DNA of 63,705 nt, counting the filler, from Bonamia ostreae (taxonomy: Eukaryota), in the NCBI GenBank assembly GCA_040357525.1. It is 10 parts of 10 records of this genome, joined end to end, with 100 filler letters (N's around TTAATTAATTAA, not from the genome) between each part and the next. Parts side by side here need not be neighbours in the genome. Positions count along the whole stretch, not along the records: positions 57,501 to 63,705 come from JBDODL010000140.1; 9 more parts are not named here. The stretch is one strand, 5' to 3'. The position numbers and the translations under genes are program-made. The notes below the pieces were generated by a model. That model had not been told where the DNA came from and did not search any database. It was given only the letters and a program-made list of their open reading frames with translations. This document shows positions 58,381-63,705 of this stretch, one piece after another (positions within the stretch are counted from its first letter, which is position 1; every line of letters begins with the position of its first letter).

Positions 58381-58993
58381 ATTTGATTAAATTTAAATTG
58401 CTCATTCACACTAATTATTTTAATTGAGCTTAACTTCGTTTTCTTTGGTTCTTGAAATCGGTTAAATAAATTTGTAAACAAAAATACTTTGCATTTTTGT
58501 AATTTGCTTAGAATTTATACTATTCCAAACATCTTTTTATGACATAATCGTTTAGAATGTGTTTAGAATTATAAACGAGAATCTACTTGGATAAGCAGAC
58601 GCTTTTGTGATATCTGTGAGCGATAAGGATGCACCTTGCGGAATTTACGATAAGGACGCAAAGCAGCGAAGACATGAGAGAATTTTTAAGAGAGACAGCA
58701 ATCGATATTCGGCACAGCTCATCTCTTTTTAGCTATTTTCACAATAAATGCAAACTAAACGACAAAAATCCTCAAAAAGACAAATGACTTTGTCGTAATT
58801 TAAAATGAAGTTCTTATGACATAGACTCAAAAATTGAAAAATCCCCGAAAAGAGCCACAGAAGGCTCAGTCGACTGAGCGCATTAAATAAATGACTTTGT
58901 CGTAACCAGAAGAAACGGTTTGTACGCAACAACTTCATTTTTACCAATAAAATATGTCAGAATTAATTTTATCATAAAAACTTAAAACCCAAA

Positions 58994-61616
58994 ATGGACA
59001 ATATCCACGTTTTCTTTTGATAAAAAAGGAGCTGATAAGGAAAACTAGAAGAGCAAATTCAATCGCGAACGAGAAAATAATACTCGACAACGAATGCGCC
59101 TTAATACGAACCGCGTTCAAAAACGAGTCCTTCAATTGCTTCAGACGAGTAAACGTGGAAAAGTTGATTTATTTGAGCGTCCTCGATTATCCGACCTACT
59201 TTGCTCAAATCGAAGTGCTCAAACTCTGCGCTTCGAATAGCTTCACCGGTTGCCAACATGTTATAATCAGACAAGAGAATCGGCTACCTCGCGCTTAGTC
59301 TGTTGCTCAACGAAAAGTCGGAAACGCTGATGCTCGTGACTCAGACTCTGAAGAAGTTTAATTATAACGGCAAGCGATCTGCACGGGCCCAACTCGTACA
59401 TAACATCGTCTGCCCTCGGCGCCATAACATTCATCGCGTCCGAAGAAATCACGAGTTTTCTAAGACACCAAAAACAACTTTCAAGGGGACATCGTGCCGA
59501 TTATCGAACGGTTGATGTTGAGCGAACATGCAATTGTCAAGAAAAAGGCCATTATGTGCGCAGCGAAAATGATGCGGAAAGTTCCGGATTCGATCGAAGC
59601 GATAAATTTCCACAAAATGAAGCTTTTTAGCGAGAAAAACAATTCCGTGTTTTTGACTCTTTGCCATCTTTTGCAGGAATTGCGGAACTACGAAAACTAC
59701 GAGACTCAGCTTTATCAGGCGAAACAGCAGTTATCGTATTTTGAAAAGTTTTTCAAAAAACTGGTCACTGCAGATTTCAATCCGGTTTCTGATTTCTATT
59801 AAGCCATTTCCGGATTTTTGCATTTAACTTAAAACGATATTTTTTCGATTTTAGTGATATCGCAGTGTCAATTAAATAACCGAGTATTGTCAACAGTAAA
59901 ATTTGGATTAAATAATGGATTTGGCTAAAATGACAAATTTAGGATTATAGTGTCAACGGAGTGAACGACCCGTTTTTGCAGGTGAAAATAATTCAGTTGC
60001 TGAAAAGTTTTCGTCCAGGGAGAAATGGCTCCAAAGAAGAGTTTTCGACTGTCATACAAATCGCTTCGAGTGCCGAAAACAGTTCCAATTCGAACGGAGC
60101 GAGGCTCTTCGAGTGTGTAAAGGTTGACTGATTTGCATTCCAGTTCGCTAAGCTTACTTTTTAACTAAAGACAATGTTGTCCCACGTGAGCGAAAGTTGC
60201 TTTAAAGCGATGGCGATCGACATTTTGGCTCGCTTTTTGAATTCGAAAGACAACAATTTTAAGTTTGAATGACCAAATTTAGGTTCGTCTCATTAAACAC
60301 TCTTTCGGATTCGATCAGAGAAAAAGAAATGATTTTGCAGCATCAATTCACTATTATGGACTGTCTTTGGGACAAAGACAGTTCTATTTCCAACAGAGCT
60401 TTGGTTTTTATCCTGAAAAACATTCTGTTGATCATTTTTATTCTGACAAATTTGGCCGCGATGACTCAGTTATTCGAACTTAGTGTGCACATTCGGGTGA
60501 GCACGGGTTCAAATACCGGTGTTGTCGTTTCCTAATTTGACTGGATTGCCCTAAAAATCTCAGACTTTGAATGTCTGTGTTAAACTATGGACAATTTAAA
60601 AATACAAAATTTGTAAATTTTTGGATTTTTGCAAATGGTAAAATTTTTACAAATGCACAACAAATGGTTAAATATCTTCAAAAACGAAGTGTTGACATTC
60701 ACAACGAAAAATTTACTAAAATATTTATTTTAAAACTGACGAAGAGATTGATTAAATTATAAAAAGAAACAAAAATCGTTAAAAAAATTTTAAAACTGTC
60801 AAAAAACTGTAAAAATATTGACAAAAATAAAAAAAAATTTCCTAAAAACTGTAAAAAAGAATTTAAAAACTATTTAAGGATTTGCTGCACAATTTGACGT
60901 GTGAAAAGAACTACAAAATAACGATAAAAGAATTTTTAAAATTTATGTCTAAAAAAAATTTGGACTCCGAGTCATCCAAGTCACTTTTGATCAAAATTTT
61001 TAATACTCTTGAAAAACATGAGAAAGACAGCAAACGATATATCGACTTGCTCTCAGCAGCCATTTCAAAAGTTTAAGTTTTGGCTAAAATGCCTTTATTT
61101 TAGACAAGCAAAACAGACGAATTCGTCAATAGAAAATTCTCTAACTTCATTAAACGCGGGGACGCTAAAACGCAAAAATACTTTGTAGACAAAATGGCCG
61201 AGACGATTTTCGAGCATATCTCGGAACCCATTCTGAATCTGGCTTTTTGGGGAATGGGCGAATACTTTGATTTGGCAGTTTTGTTTTATTGAAATTTAGG
61301 AAACGCAGAATAAGAAAAAGGTTTTTTTAAATTGTCTCTAAAGATAATAAAGGCGATGGATTTAATTGGCGCAGACCCACTTTTAGTCTTGTCGGAGAAA
61401 TCGATCTATTTTTACGCGAACACTTTGTTTAAGATTTTATTGGCGAACAATAAAAAGTTACGATTTCAAATAAAGAGCACATCACTAAAATTCATCATTT
61501 TATAAAAAAGATACAACGAAAAAGTAGAAGGATTGCTAAATGCCCTGTTAGTCACGAGCGATTTGACTTTAAAACAAAGATTGATTTCTTACAAATTGGC
61601 ATTAAAAGCAATATGA
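58994..61616 (+). CDS. AP1G1: Gamma-adaptin (AP-1 gamma)-like, trunk domain only
   Basis: ELIRKTRRA...ECALIRTAF, YPTYFAQIEVLKL, KRIGYL, GVNDPFLQVKI, FLNSKDNN; ends LKQRLISYKLALKAI*. Confidence 0.85.
60454..60560 (+). mobile_element. tRNA-derived SINE-like element; second partial copy at 52309-52390
   Basis: A-box-like TGACTCAGTT and B-box GGTTCAAATACC; shares TGTCGTTTCC, CCTAATTTGAC and TGCCCT blocks with 52309-52390. Confidence 0.55.
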
Positions 61617-61723
61617 AATTTTTATTTTTCATCAAATTTTTAAATTGGAAAATTATTTTTTTTTGAAGGAGATTGCGTGATTTTTGTGGCTGAAAATTTC
61701 ATTAATCTTAAAAAATGGACAAT

Positions 61724-62772
61724 CTAAAGATGCAAATTTAATTGTTTAAAATGCTCAAAAATTTGTTTTAGGCTGTCAAATAATTTTTCTATTGGAATTG
61801 GAAGCACTCCTTTTTTTAAAAGATAGCAAATTTTGCCATCTTTTGAAAATGCAGCGGAGCAAAAAGCATTGCTGGCGAACTCTTCTGCGAGAGAAGGATC
61901 CAAAACGAAGCGATTTTCAAAATAAGCCATTTTCTGCATAAAAACATGTCCATTCACTTTCAATTTTGTCGACTTTTTATTGACAATAGCTCAATATTAA
62001 CATTCAAGCTAATATATCTAAGCGAAAATCCGCAATTTAAAATAATGACTAAATTAGTTTTAATCAAATTTAAACCTTTTCTTTTATGATTGAAATTTGG
62101 TCGTTTTGAATAAAAGTAAAAGGAAGCAAAAAATCATTTAGAGCCAAAGAAACTGCATGGACTGCACAACTGGCACTATTTCCATCGTCAGCAAAAATAT
62201 CCGCATTAATCTTCAAAGCCCAAACTTTTCTTCCAGACATAACGCATAAAGATTCTGCATCGATTAAATTGTTTTTCTTGAATACTTTTTATTTTGAATT
62301 TTATTTTGTTACAGTCTATAAAAGCGACAAACAATTTAATAAAAAACAATTTAATAATTAACAATTTAATAAAAAACAATTCAATAAAAAATAAAATCTT
62401 CAAAAACAAAATTTAAAACCACTAAAGTTTAAAATTAGAAAAACTATTATCTAAAATAGAATTCAATTCAGTTTCTTTGAGCATTTTCTGGCTAAATTCA
62501 CTCAGATTAAAACTGGAAGAAAAGTTTATAATTCCTTCATTCGGTTTATCTGGAAACGGATTTTTAAGACTTTCTTTTATCGAAACAACACATCTGTAAA
62601 TATTGTGTATAGCTAACTTTGTTTTCCCAAACGAAGTCGTAATAATTCCATTTGCTATTTTTTCATGTTTAATTTGACGGTGCTCCAAATTTGTTCGGCC
62701 GTCCAAGCGCATGTTTTCTTTTGCTGTATTCCGTATCAGTTCCAAGACATTTTTGCTTTTGTAAACAGCCAT
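61724..62772 (-). CDS. EXOSC9: Exosome complex RNase PH-like subunit RRP45
   Basis: RLDGRTNLEHR...FGKTK-CVV...PFPDKPNEG, DDGNSASC, LDPSLAEE. Confidence 0.8.
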
Positions 62773-62978
62773 TCTGATTTCAGAAACTCAATATACTTTA
62801 AAGCTTGAGCTTTAAATAATTTTAGCGTTTTGATATAGAATAGTTATCTTTGTCTAATTATTTTTAATATTTTTCAATATAACACTTATTAGATTCAATG
62901 ACCGAACGTAATTATTAACTATTATTAGATAACGTTCACGCAAGTTTCGCGAAGAGGTACTACACACCAAAAGCTTCA

Positions 62979-63705
62979 ATGTCTGAAAGAGATAGAAATT
63001 TAAAACGCTTCAAAGCTATAGAGAATTCTCCAAAAACGAAAAAACATTTGATTATCGAAAATATCAATTTTAAAGACCATTTTGACAAAATTAAATCCGA
63101 AAGTTTCAACGAAAGAATCGAGAAAATGGCACTCCAAATCAATCAACAAATTTATGAAAATCCGACGAATACTAAAAAATGGCTTAAATTAGTCAATTTA
63201 GAAGACGAAAAAGTACTCGACAACAGACAATTAAAAAGCTTTGTTATATTATTTCTTATTTTTAGAAAAACGAAAAGAAACTTCTTATATTAGAAAAGGC
63301 TCTGAACAAAAATCCGGACGACATTACATTATTGCTGCAATATCTAAACATCGCTGAAGAAATTTACAGCATTGAACGAACAGAAAAATTGTGGAATCTA
63401 ACAATAAGACATAACCCAAATTTAGTTAAAATTTGGAAGAAATATTTGTTCTTCGAGGTCCACTCAACTTTGGAAATTTTGAACGTCAATTATTGTCGAG
63501 CTAAATTTGAGAAATTAGTTGACTTGGCAACATCTTTGTTTAAAGAAGAACAATTAACCAAACTGAATTTTCAACGAGTGCTCGAAATGATCTTTTTACA
63601 ACGAATCTTGTTTGAATTGAGCGTTTTTTTGTCATTTTTAATTTAAAAAATTATATTCCAAAATTTTTGTTTTTTAGTCAATAAAGATTTAATCAAATAT
63701 TGAAT
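62979..63705 (+). CDS. NRDE2: NRDE2-like HAT-repeat nuclear RNA factor, 3'-truncated
   Basis: ENPTNTKKWLKLV, KLLILEKALNKNPDDITLLLQYL, LWNLTIRHNPNLVKIWKKYL. Confidence 0.75.

Noticed and set aside
27205-61616. AP-1 mu and gamma in one window as a functional cluster
   Set aside because: They lie on different, artificially joined scaffolds.

Overview
Eukaryotic, AT-rich, gene-dense nuclear DNA using the standard genetic code. It is not one locus: ten unrelated ~6.2-6.3 kb scaffolds, in descending size, are joined by artificial N-TTAATTAATTAA-N linkers, so synteny across linkers is meaningless. Genes are broken by many 19-30 nt GT-AG micro-introns with GTT-type donors and often AAG acceptors, which fragments the ORF track. 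This suggests a reduced parasitic protist, possibly an ascetosporean/haplosporidian (inference only). Recognisable genes: POLR1D, RNPS1, DDB1, a CorA Mg2+ transporter, DNAJC22, IMP3, RPT2/PSMC1, PUS7, EMG1, AP-1 mu, mitochondrial uL6, CDC73, NUP98, a transcriptional cyclin, a glutaminase-like protein, lipoate ligase, LSM3, a PMCA Ca-ATPase, an SLC38-type transporter, NAR1/CIAO3, UEV1/MMS2, gamma-adaptin, RRP45 and NRDE2. There are decayed Merlin/IS1595-like and Tc1-like transposases and a canonical-looking C/D snoRNA. Most interesting: an ~850-aa gene with three tandem degenerate kinase-like modules, each with a phase-1 micro-intron at an equivalent site; the unusual micro-intron splice code; a tRNA-headed SINE-like element in two introns; a glutaminase lacking its catalytic Lys; a beta-grasp-like domain fused to CorA; a sushi-like surface protein; and several dispersed hairpins and motifs. 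All gene models were read by eye; no searches were run.
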